A stretch of DNA of 61,882 nt, counting the filler, from Globobulimina sp. (lineage: Eukaryota): NCBI GenBank assembly GCA_003354225.1. It is 11 parts of 11 records of this genome, joined end to end, with 100 filler letters (N's around TTAATTAATTAA, not from the genome) between each part and the next. Parts side by side here need not be neighbours in the genome. Positions count along the whole stretch, not along the records: positions 1 to 5,549 come from PIVH01000518.1; positions 5,650 to 11,194 come from PIVH01000519.1; 9 more parts are not named here. The stretch is one strand, 5' to 3'. The first letter of the stretch is position 1; every line of letters starts with the position of its first letter. Below, in pieces: positions 1-11,294 of this stretch. The notes under the pieces were generated by a model. That model was not told the origin of the DNA and ran no database searches. It saw only the letters and a list, made by a program, of their open reading frames with translations. Position numbers and translations under genes: made by a program.

Positions 1-546
1 TAGCTAGAGTGGTTTTGAACCTAGCATTCGAACTGAAGTTGACCTAGACCAGAATAAATCGTTTCAAAATTGGATGCGAATGATTTCTGTACAGTTTGGC
101 ATCGATTGTGGGTGTTTTGCTTCAGATCTTGTGTCATTGTTAGTTGATTCTTCAGGTTTTGAGGTTTTCAGCTTGAATTTGTACGTTCATCAGGATTTGG
201 CAGCAAATAATGGACACAAACGTGCGCGTGCTTGTAACAGAGATAAATTGTGACATCTGTCATTTCAACATCAATTGGACATTGTTAAGAAATATACATC
301 GTTAGTTCACATCAATAAACACATGCGATTTTGCGAATATACACAGTTGGCAGAGAGTATCATTGATTGGACTTGGAGGAAGTGATACATAATAAGCTAG
401 GTCTAAATAAGGAAAAGAGCAAATGGAAATCGTGATACAAAGACTGTGAAAAGGTTTTGTTTATAATTTACACTTTAATACAGCTGCTACATTCATAATC
501 ATAATTCCGGCCTATTTTTGAACTAAATTTAGTATCCGAACCCAAA

Positions 547-2237
547 ATGTTAACTCAGTTGCTGTCTATGTCAATGATGTTAAAAAACTTTCTCACTCCA
601 GTTTTGAATGTCTTTCTCACTGTGGTCGGCTCATTCATCGGCACATTCCTGGTTTCTCACATCATATCAAATGAAAACTATTCATTACATAAAGCACTCA
701 ATTTGTATCCATGGTACGAAGCAATGTGCGTATTTGCAGTGACAACAACGTTGCACACATATTTAATGGACATTTCGTATGGTGGATATTCATATGATCT
801 GTCAGATTATTCCGCGATGTACAAAATATTATTCCATAGCAAATCAGTTTTGTTTTGCTTACTCATCACTGACACAATTCTGTATTGGGGTCATTGGCTT
901 CAGCATCACTCATTCTTAATGTATTTCCATCAGGTTCACCACACATTGATCGCCGATAAAAATATGAATAGCATAGTTGGCGGATTAACTGCAGCCATCA
1001 TTGACACTCTGTTCATTCAAACCATGACAATATGCATTCCACCATCAATGATCAATATTGATAAAAATATTCATTACCTTTTGAATGTAATGATAGGCTC
1101 CATCGCAGTTAGTCTGCATAGACAGAATCCAAATGGTTATACCGACCCAATATTCATTACTCCTGACGAACATCGATTGCATCACATTCACAAAGGCTCA
1201 AAAAAAAACTTTTCGATGTTTTTGAAAGTATGGGATTTTATCATGGCTTCATACGTTAATCCTCATCCATTTGTTGTGAATCGATTTCAGAGGAAACAAT
1301 TGAAAAATAATAAATTTGATTGGAATTTTTTCGAGAATATAGCATGTATTAATTTAATCGAAAAATCTGATCGATTCGAACGAGTAAAGCAAAGATTCTC
1401 TAAAATTGGTTTAAATCCAAATAATGTACAATTTCATCGGCCAAAGCGGTCGCCATTTGGAGGGAGATATGGTTGTTGGGAGTCACACCGTCATATTATT
1501 TCCGGTTGGTATGAACAGAAAATAGAATTTGGTTTAATATTCGAAGATGATACCATATTTAAGGACGGATGGCAAACCATCATGACAGAGAGCAAACAAT
1601 TCATTCAAGATAAGTTGGTTAATAAGCAAGCCTGGGATTGTTTGTATTTGGGTGGCTTTATGTTATTTCCATTAGAAAAATCTGATCTCAAACATGCCAA
1701 TATTTGGAATGCAAAAACAAGCGCCACTCATGCTTATATCATATCGAGAGCAGGAATGAAAAAAATGTTAAGCATTCCTTTAGCACAGACTCAAGTTTCG
1801 CATGATATATTATTATGGAAGGTTTTTGATAAATCATTTGCTCACATCGATAACAAAGTCATTGACCAAGAGTGGTTTGATTCTGATAATATCTGGGATG
1901 CTCGTTTGAGTGTATTGAATCAAAAGTCATTGACCAAGAGTGGTTTGATTCTGATAATATCTGGGATGCTCGTTTGAGTGTATTGAATCAAAAGCAATTG
2001 ACGTTGTTTCAATGTAAAGTGATACCAGGGGTAATGAAATATTGGGAGGAGATTATAAAATTATCCATATTTATTCCTTATCAGTGGAGACCACTCATTT
2101 GGCTTAGTGCGAGACATTTGCATAAAATAAAAAATCATTTTAACGAAGAAGATGTCTTATGCCTTTCTTGGACGTGGAAAACGATCACATTCGTAGCATA
2201 TGTCGTAATTGGACTGTGTATATTTCCAAGTGAATGA
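547..2237 (+). CDS. Fatty acid hydroxylase/sterol desaturase domain fused to a glycosyltransferase family 25-like domain; frameshifted near the 3' end by a 68-bp duplication
   Basis: His boxes HWLQH, HQVHH, HRLHH and NFSMFLKVWD; then CINL..DRF, GCWESH, IFEDD, LYLG, THAYIIS. ORF 1974-2237 joins in frame if one repeat copy is removed. Confidence 0.8.
1859..1994 (+). repeat. Perfect 68-bp tandem duplication inside CDS
   Basis: tcattgaccaagagtgg...gtattgaatcaaaag at 1859-1926 and 1927-1994. Confidence 0.95.
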
Positions 2238-2519
2238 ATTAGGATCATCCATATATTATGGATACTAAGAAAATCTTTTTTCTTACGAGATTAAAATGGC
2301 TATATTAAATACTATCCCATCCAGTGTTCTCAGAGAATCATTCTTTTTGATTGTTTGCCATTTATTTATTCATTTTTTTTTTTGTTGATTGCATATGTGT
2401 TCAGATGCATATCCTGTATGTTTTTATTCTTTTCACAAGGGAATCAACTCGTTCTTTTGACACTTTGGAATTTGGAATTTAGTACAGACATTCCAAAAAG
2501 TTTGTACTCAACTAGCAAC

Positions 2520-2579
2520 AGTTTTCTAGTGATTGAATGATCAGAGCTAACGCTAGCATCATTCAATCACTAGAAAACT
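2520..2579. repeat. Perfect 22-bp inverted repeat with 16-nt loop
   Basis: agttttctagtgattgaatgat (2520-2541) / atcattcaatcactagaaaact (2558-2579). Confidence 0.93.
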
Positions 2580-2751
2580 TGAGTAGAGTATAAAGTTTTG
2601 TCCGCTTTAGAATCATAAATTTAGTGCAAGTAGAACCCTTGTTCTCCTTAATCTTTTTCATTCTTTTTTGGGTTGGCTCACTTTCAATATTCATACGTTG
2701 GTAATATTTCTCTACGTTTTCCATATATGCATTTATGTTAATGTCATGTTA

Positions 2752-3405
2752 TCAACAATGCTTTGTTTGATTTATGGCGTAAAAACTGAAAAACATAATA
2801 ATTATAAAATATGTAACTCCGACAAGAAACGCTATCATACATAAAATTGTTATAATAAAATGAATGTTTAAAAAAATAATAATAATTTGCATAATTGTAT
2901 TTGGTATAATTAATGATAATTGATAATAAATCCAAAATCCAAATGCATTTTGATGTTTTGTGAGGATAAACATGACTGAATATAATGGAGAGAGACCCAC
3001 AAATATGGGCATTAATAATATAACAATAATACAGTTAATAATTTTACAACAGCGATTAGCCTGATTGCAAGTATGAAAACTGTCAGATATCAGATTTGCA
3101 GGTAGTTGATAATTATGCGCAGATATAAAGTACACAGTATATGAAAATAGTGCTATTGGATGTGCTATATCGCCATTATCATCATCATCGATAAACAAAT
3201 ATGATGTAAGACACCAGCCACTAAAAAATAAAAGCAATATCAGTGATATATTAATTCCAAATAAAATAATAAATCCGTGCATGTATAATGTATCAATGAT
3301 TACTATCGATAATGATAAATGCGATATAAATAACACACATAATAATATGCTAAAGAAAGATGAAAAAGTATCGTTGCTTGCGTTAGTATGGTATAGTGCC
3401 CACAT
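2752..3405 (-). CDS. Multi-pass membrane protein, short paralogue of 30606-32126 (possibly truncated)
   Basis: Shares GFIxLFGINIS, RCxxIN, PLYS, YYQLSxIIPxTIMQIII and ITILCMIA motifs with the 506-aa ORF. Confidence 0.65.
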   Translation of the reverse strand: MWALYHTNASNDTFSSFFSILLCVLFISHLSLSIVIIDTLYMHGFIILFGINISLILLLFFSGWCLTSYLFIDDDDNGDIAHPIALFSYTVYFISAHNYQLPANLISDSFHTCNQANRCCKIINCIIVILLMPIFVGLSPLYSVMFILTKHQNAFGFWIYYQLSLIIPNTIMQIIIIFLNIHFIITILCMIAFLVGVTYFIIIMFFSFYAINQTKHC

Positions 3406-4574
3406 TGTTTTTCGAGTATTTAATAATTTGCGTTTTTTAAAAGTTTTCCAAAGACTTTCTTTTCAGCTCAACATATCAATGGATGTAATTATATAATTTG
3501 GGACATGCGAAAATCAAAGGAAAACATGCAAATTTTGATCAGTTAATTTAAACATTTTAAAAAACAATTTAATTATTGATAATCACTAATTGGTTTATCA
3601 TCGGTGCCATCAATTCTGATCAACGTTTTATTATTTTTGTCATAATTTATGATCAACGTTTTATTATACGCACTCCGATATATAATTTATGATCTGCCTT
3701 CTCATCTGGCGCAGAAATCGGTTTATTGAGTTCTTCTGTCATTGAACAACAGGAATCCATCGTTGTTTGAGATTCATCGTCTAAAAGGAGCCATTGAAAA
3801 AAAAAGTTGAAGTACGATACATTTTACCAAAATCGTAACTGTATACCACTCAACAAGTACACTAAAATAACAAGAACATGTAACGGACCGCAATTCATGG
3901 TTTCGTTTGACTATAGTAAGGAATTTCGATCTATGCTCTTGGGATCTTGTTCGTCATTCATCAAACGTGCTAAATCAAGTCATTCAGCGTTATTTAGAAA
4001 ATAATTAATCCAAAAAGCAGAATTTTCAAGAAATATAATAACTCAACGGTATTAAAGACAAAGGGAATGAAAATCACAGAAATTAAATCTTATTTAAATC
4101 ATATTATAGCTCATCACAGTCAATTATACCCATCATTGACAAATTTATCCCATTATATGTCGGTATGGCTCTGTCTTATGCACAAATCACAAATCTATGC
4201 AATCAGAAATGATCAAAGATTGGGTCTGCTGTTGGGGAAAAGGGTGACAATAAACTGAATTAATGTCATGAATTAATGTGATGAATTATGTAAGATTAGA
4301 ATGTAAACTAATTAATTCACCTTTATTTAACTTGTTTTAAGTTGTGGTTTCAGACAATCAGTAATCCATGAGTAATTAATCCATCGCACGCAAATTGTTT
4401 CCAAGGTCATTATCTCTAATTAGCTGTCATGCAAGGTCAAAGAAAACCCAGGAAAAATTCCGTCACGAATCCGAGTCATGGCAACGGATTAATTGATTAA
4501 CGGTTTATTCTGTTTGATTGGAATTTATTTCCAATATAAATATGGTGAGTTAATTAGCTATAAATTTATCATGT

Positions 4575-5393
4575 TTGGTCGTCGGTGTATCGATCTGCAT
4601 GATTTTTCTGCTATTTTTAGCGAATTATCTCATCACAATCATGGAAAACAAAATGAAGTTGAGCATCACCATCGTGATGTTAATTGGGTGCCCTTCCCTC
4701 ATTCATTATTCACTGTTGAATGGCTATAATGTGTACCAATGCATATCCTTGATTGTTGCATTATTTAATGGCTTATTTTGGTCTCTGTGGATCTATGTTG
4801 GCTGTACCACCAATATTTTAGGGAGAATCAGAGTGCAACGCACAAGATCTGAATGGATTACATCTCTAGTTGTGATACATAAAAATCTGTGCATTCCGAA
4901 ACCAATTGGTTCTATTTCAGGCTTGATCGGTATTCGTGGCTCCAATATTGAAAAATCAGCAAACTGCATTCTTTATCCCATTTGTGGCATTATCGCCTGT
5001 TGCTGTCTCACAAAATTATTTGAAGATAATTATAGTTTCTCTGAGGGCGCAGATGTACTATGTTTAATGATGTCCGGTTTTGGTGTTTGGACAGTGGCCA
5101 CGTGGCAATTAGAGTACGATCAAAGTATGGTAATGCATTGGATTGGGTCTGTCACGTATGTCGTGGGATCATTGTCAGCCTACTGCATTCAACAGAAATG
5201 GAATAAATTCTCGCTTTCGTTAGTGATATTATCTGTGTTTGCGGCTTGTTTGTGGGGTATTTGCATTACATTTCAGCATATTCTCATGAAATGGACCAGT
5301 TTACATTGGGTGAGTGCCATATGCATTGCATTTGAATCACACATTTTGTTCAATTGTTCGGTTGCAAATTGCCTATTCATTTATAATATGTGA
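4575..5393 (+). CDS. Multi-pass membrane protein, possibly Frag1/DRAM/Sfk1-like; start uncertain
   Basis: About 7-8 hydrophobic segments; QLEYDQSMVMHWIGS resembles the DRAM-family Q...H.xG motif. Confidence 0.5.
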   Translation: MVVGVSICMIFLLFLANYLITIMENKMKLSITIVMLIGCPSLIHYSLLNGYNVYQCISLIVALFNGLFWSLWIYVGCTTNILGRIRVQRTRSEWITSLVVIHKNLCIPKPIGSISGLIGIRGSNIEKSANCILYPICGIIACCCLTKLFEDNYSFSEGADVLCLMMSGFGVWTVATWQLEYDQSMVMHWIGSVTYVVGSLSAYCIQQKWNKFSLSLVILSVFAACLWGICITFQHILMKWTSLHWVSAICIAFESHILFNCSVANCLFIYNM

Positions 5394-5549
5394 AACAAAT
5401 ATTTTTGTTTAAATTTTGTTTATAATTTACACTTTAAGGATATTGATACGCCGAAAATTTCGTTTCTTTCCATAATTGTGTCCATAATATTTAATGTTTT
5501 TGATTCGAAATCTTGTCCTAATTTATTGCTAATGCTTAAAATATTGAAC

Positions 5550-5649
5550 NNNNNNNNNNNNNNNNNNNNNNNNNNNNNNNNNNNNNNNNNNNNTTAATTA
5601 ATTAANNNNNNNNNNNNNNNNNNNNNNNNNNNNNNNNNNNNNNNNNNNN
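5550..5649. other. Artificial contig linker (N44-TTAATTAATTAA-N44); identical linkers at 11195-11294, 16836-16935, 22477-22576, 28117-28216, 33751-33850, 39382-39481, 45011-45110, 50637-50736, 56261-56360
   Basis: Identical 100-nt spacer with stops in all six frames; segment lengths fall from 5549 to 5522 without ever increasing. Confidence 0.98.
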
Positions 5650-8161
5650 CAACTCACGTTTACTGGTAAATATCTCAAATAATTGCATTATCTCCGATTT
5701 TAAGGTGCTCATTAATTTAATAATAGAGGGGGCGGCCGATCGGCTGATCATCTTATTATTCTCCGTAGAATACCATTGATTCATTAACTGTGCATAGCCG
5801 GTATACAATGTAATCAATGTCTTATACAAATTGCTGAATTGGATTAAAAAGGAGCCATTGGTATGGCCGCCACACGAAAAGCATACCCCTTTATAAATGC
5901 GTATTAAATGTATGAATTTATTGATATTTTCTTCATTATTAAAGTTATCGATGCTCAATAACTGTTGATAGCGGATGTTGGGAGTGGTCAATAGCTGTTC
6001 CACCAAACGCGAAGCTTTGCTAAAATCTCTCTTTTCGTGGGCAATCACGCAACTCCACGTTTTGTATAAATTTTCAATCTGCTCCGTGCTCAATTTCTTG
6101 CACTGTTGGCCATTATTGATGCCACAAATCAACTCATTGAGGAAGATCTCCTTATCGTTTTCTTGGACTTTGAGGAATTTGTGCCCGCATTTGTGGCAGA
6201 TCTCGGATAAGGTCTCGATAGACATGTCCTGGACACCCGGATGTTTCTCGGCTAAAAATTCAATCAATTTACGAACCACTGTTTGTAAAAATTTCCAATG
6301 TTTTTTTAAAAAGCGAGGGTATTTCCGGACGACGTACATAATGCACGAAGCAATGATGGCTTTGGCATTTTTCGATTGCTGTACTTCGCATAAACTCAAT
6401 AATATTTTTATCACAACCACCAAAAAAGACTTCTCCACATCGGCGGGCATGCTGCCCGCCACTGCGCCGATACTCCAACACAAACTATTTAATTCAGCAA
6501 AGAATTCCTGCTCATTTTGATAGACGTGGTTATTTTTCTGATTGTTACTAAATTGCGTCAATTTGTCACCAATTACACTGCGAGTATCGGCCGGGTCGAT
6601 ACTGGATAAGATGTACAATATTTTGCTCATTTGTTTGTGTAAAGTTAGCATTAACGTGTCTTTCATCTCTTGTTTAACCACATTGTTGTTATCGTCGCGG
6701 ACCACCAACACTTCCTTGGGTCGCGGCAATTTCTTCATTAATATGATGCGTAGCTCGTGCAAGCCCTGTTTGTACAATTCATAGCGTGGACTGTTATTGA
6801 TATCATACGCCTGCGCACTATTACTATGATAATTGACTAATACATTCTTTTTGGGTAAGGATTTTTGCAGATCGCGCACTAAATACTCCCACAAATCACA
6901 ACATATTTGTAATAACGTCTCATTTTCTGCGGCGGTCACATTTAATAATAATTTCAACGCCGCTTTAAGTCCTTCACGGGAGCCATTGTTATGTTGTTCT
7001 AATATTTTATGGTGATATCGCAGGAAATTATACAAAAAATTGGTTAAAGTCTGAATGAATTGGAAATTATAGTCATTGTTACAAATATAAGCATCAATAT
7101 TGGTGTTCATGGCAATATTGCAATCACTGAATGTTTTGCGTAAAACGGTTAAAAACATATTGACTAATTTCTCATTACATTTGTCGGTGTGTTGATTGTC
7201 AAATTCTGCCTTTTTGATGCCACCGATTTCCACCAAACACTTTAATGTGGACACTCGATAAGATTGAATACTGAAATATTTTAAGGTTAACGCCTCGATT
7301 AATTGCGACGCGAATATGATTGGAATTGGTATCCAATGAATGGCTAAAAATTTGCCTAAAGTATGCAATGTGCATTCTATCAATCGTCGATCGGAGGAAT
7401 TTTTAAGTACAAACATGCATAGTTCAAATACTTTGGACAATTCCCTGAAATATTACGTATTTATATTTATATATTGGTGCAAGGATATTAATCCGAGTGC
7501 AAATTAAAATGGCTAAAATAACTAAACTTTGTTAGATTGTCCTTGAAATTGTCGACTTGCTGATGAGATAAATGAAGGGATTGGTTTTCAAAGGCTTCTT
7601 CGGATAACAATCGTAATAAATTCATGTTATTTGCACATACAATTTCAGAGCGCTTAGAGACTTCAACCACTTGCGTTATAAAACCAGGCCAATTATGCGG
7701 CCATTCTCGTTTTATTATTTCAATTAAAACTGTATTTAATTTAGTTAAAAATGGCGCAATCTCTTTTAAATTGCTATCTTGCGATAGCTTTACGACTAAG
7801 GATTCTATGAAGCCTTTGATTCCCTTTTTGCTTTGTGGTGGCAATATTTTCCATCGAGTTTTGATACAATTTTCTAATATGGATAAAGCTATCATTTTAG
7901 ATTCAATTTTCGAGGATTTCTGGATTATATCAGGGGCTTTGATCCATGCATTTGGTGATTGTTCAAATTGTGCCAAAATATCGTGAATCTATAGATATAT
8001 TTTACATTTTATAAAGTATTTTATTTTTTTTTATTTTTTTTTTGCTTTACCTGACGATTAGAGCTTCCACTATAAAATGAGGTTACAATTTGGTCAAATA
8101 ATTCTACATTGAAAGGAACAGTCGAGTCCAGAATGGATTGGGGATTCATATTGGAATTCAT
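5650..8161 (-). CDS. XPO1: Exportin-1/CRM1, 3' truncated; exons 8161-8051, 7988-7528, 7444-contig end
   Basis: IKTRWKILP, IIKREWPHNWP, NNMNLLRLLSEE, PKEVLVV, LNSLCWSIGAVAGSM, YPRFLKKHWKFLQTVVRKL, HPGVQDM; GT-AG introns 8050-7989 and 7527-7445 keep the frame. Confidence 0.95.
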
Positions 8162-8440
8162 CCCTCGCGTTGTTTTATTGTATTGACGTACTTCGAACTG
8201 ATATCGAAAGGATGGTATTTAAATTAAAGAAGAAAAGTTTGTTTTGAGGAGAATTATTAAAAAACAGTTTTACTGAAAAGATTATGATTATTAATTTTCA
8301 ACTTAATTCTATGGATGGATTTTCACTCATTAGTATGCTATCAAATTCGTAATTGTGTGAATTGTAAAATTTTAACGCAAATAAATAAATAAATAACTAA
8401 TTTAAAGGGTGTAAGAAAAATAGAATTTACAAATTAACCT

Positions 8441-10163
8441 TCAATCCTCATCATGTTGTATAGTATGTTGACTATGTTCAGTTAATTGGTTACAATCCCA
8501 CAATTTAACAGTACCATCCTTGCCGGAAGACAATAAATACTGCGGTACATGTTTACAAAATTCAATATTTGTTATAAAATCACTATAATCATTATCAAAT
8601 TCATCATCTTGATCTTGATGATCCTCCTCATCCCCATCCCCATCCCCATTCTCTTCCTCTTCCTCATATATTTGTGGCTGATTTGAATTTGATTTCTGTT
8701 CATTGTCACTTTGCTGTTCATCATCAAATGCGGTCGGAATGGGCAAATTACTCTTCTCCTGCATTTCCGATGTATCCTGCATTGGAATCTGAGGTGGTTT
8801 TTGTTGCGGAACTCCCTGTTCTTTAATCTTTAATGAATATATTTTCCGATCATGTCTATTATGCGAGTTTATAATTTTGCCAATACATTTCGCATTGGTA
8901 CAATCATCGTTAAATTGCCATATACATAATACATTATCTTTGGATTGATCCGTTGTGGCAAATAAACCTTTACTATAACTCATATAAACATCATTTTGCG
9001 ACGCATTCATATTCACATTGCCAGAATACGAGATATGTTGCAACGACACATTATTAATCAAATCATGATGGTATTTATTGGTCTTAATACAATTTAGTCG
9101 ATTCAAGTTTTGACAGTCAAATAGGTTTAAATTATAGCCATTGACTGCAATCAATGATTGTGTGCCGAATGCTAATTTATCGCCCATGGACCGCCCAACA
9201 TATATTTGTTTATAATCCTCCGTCGATTGGTACAATCGCAACGTATTCTTGTTATCGACACTCGATAATAAGGTATTGCGAGAGCTGGTTTTCTGCCATT
9301 CGATATCCAATGTGTTGGCTTGTAACTGTATAATATTTGCACTGCGCGTCGAGGGCATGCTGTGTGGATGCCAGATTCGAATGGTTTTGTCATTGGAAAA
9401 GGAGGCTAAGGTGTTGCGGTGGGAGGGGCTCCAAATCGATTTTATCACACTGCCGGTATGGCCTTTTAAGGTATAAATTGGTTTCATTGTGGAAACATCC
9501 CATATCTCAATCACACCATCAATCATTGAAATGGCCAAACAATCCCCGGTATTATCAAAGGAGATGGAGACGGGTAAATATTTCTTTTTTATTCTTCGGA
9601 TGCATTGTAATCTATGTTGGCCGTTGATTTTGTATAATACCAATCTGTAATCATCGCCAACTGAGGCGATTAAGGCTTGATGCGGTGAGGTGGATATTCC
9701 ACAGATGGCATCTTCGTGAATGCGTAAACCGGAGATGGGTATTAAATTTTTGTCTTCTTCTTCTTCTTCTACGTCTGCTTCGGGAGTCGGTGTGTTATCA
9801 ATATTATCATTGTTTGCTTCATCATTTTCATAGAGTTCCTCGTAATTCATTGTATCCACATCGTTGCTTTGAAACATAACCGCTGCCTCCTCGTCTTCTT
9901 CTTTTTTTTGTGTCTGCTTTTTTCTCCATCCTTGCACTTATATTATATAACATAATATACCTTCGTTGTTGATCAAGATGTTATCATTGTCATTGAATGA
10001 TGGATCGTTGGAAGCCAATACGTGCTTTTCTTCATCTGTTTGTTATGCAATGCAATGCAACCAGTAGAGAATAAAATGTGTGTACATTTATGTAAAACTA
10101 ACCATCATACTCAACAGGATCTGTTTGGTTTGTTATCATGAGTTCGTTGCTCAGAGACGCCAT
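8441..10163 (-). CDS. WD40-repeat protein with acidic N-terminus; 5' exon structure tentative
   Basis: IEIWD, LKGHTGSV, DKTIRIW, SSGKDGTVKLWD; probable ATG at 10163 with an intron at 10102-10036 and a very short one starting at 9960. Confidence 0.85.
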
Positions 10164-10289
10164 GTTCACAGAAGGAAAAAAAAAACGTCAAGTCGTCAGC
10201 AAACAAACGTCATCATCAGCAGTCATACTCGACAGTAGCAGTCCGTACACGTACTACCTAACCAACAGCTGTTCGCATCAGATTCGATC

Positions 10290-11194
10290 ATGAACGCATT
10301 TGAATACATCCAACATCGAGGATCATTCGAAGAATTTTGCAATGGTTCATATAACGGATCAATCGTGGCACAACTGACAAATATTAATATCCAGTCCAAT
10401 GACTTACAATTAGCGGATAATGCGAGTGTTGTTAATGCAAAATTCGCTGAACCAGAAAGCGTAGATATGGGAGCATTTAACCAGAATTGTGTGCTGCTTA
10501 TTAGCCAGTATGCATTGTATACAAGAGAGACGACATTAACATTTGTAATAAACGACTTTGTGAATTTATTAAATGAAAAAAACCAAAAAACTATATTTGG
10601 AATAACACCAAAAACACTACTCACTGCCCAACATTTACCAAACCAAAGCCCAACAATTTATAATTATAATATTACACCAACGCCACAAATCCAATTACAT
10701 TCAGTATACACACAAGACATATTTAAGTATTATTTTCAAATCGTGGCATCTTCGCAATTACAATATACCGACCCCGACCCCGACCGTATCAATAAAATCA
10801 ACCGCGCATTATTACGGTTGGTCGAACTTGCCACTAAAAAGGAAAAATTGCAGTGTTTATTATTTGACATTACCCGCTTAGCACCACAAGCTTTGGGTAT
10901 ATTATCCCTTGTTTTATATAAAATGTTAGAATCACCGAGAAACTCCACCGCCAGAAAAAATGCGCATTCATATTTAATTAAAAGAAACAATGCATGGCTC
11001 ATTGAAAAAACAGTTTTTGCGTTTGTGCAATCGGATTTTGGTGCTATGGACAGTGCGGAAATATGCCAGACATTACTCTCAGACACGCTGTCTGTAAATA
11101 ATAAAGTATTGTGGTTTGCAACCATGGCCGACAAAGCAGCACATCAAATGCAAGGACGTCGTGAAAAAAAAGAAAATGAAGAAACAGAATACAA
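10290..11194 (+). CDS. Hypothetical, probably helical protein, 3' truncated
   Basis: Open frame of ~300 codons running into the contig end; no motif recognised. Confidence 0.6.
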
Positions 11195-11294
11195 NNNNNN
11201 NNNNNNNNNNNNNNNNNNNNNNNNNNNNNNNNNNNNNNTTAATTAATTAANNNNNNNNNNNNNNNNNNNNNNNNNNNNNNNNNNNNNNNNNNNN

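Noticed and set aside
3617-3694. Repeated tgatcaacgttttattat / ataatttatgatc words
   Set aside because: Small local duplication in AT-rich intergenic DNA with no evidence of function
5975-7015. Antisense ORFs overlapping CRM1, and similar shadow ORFs throughout the ORF track
   Set aside because: Opposite-strand shadows of well-supported genes with no motifs of their own
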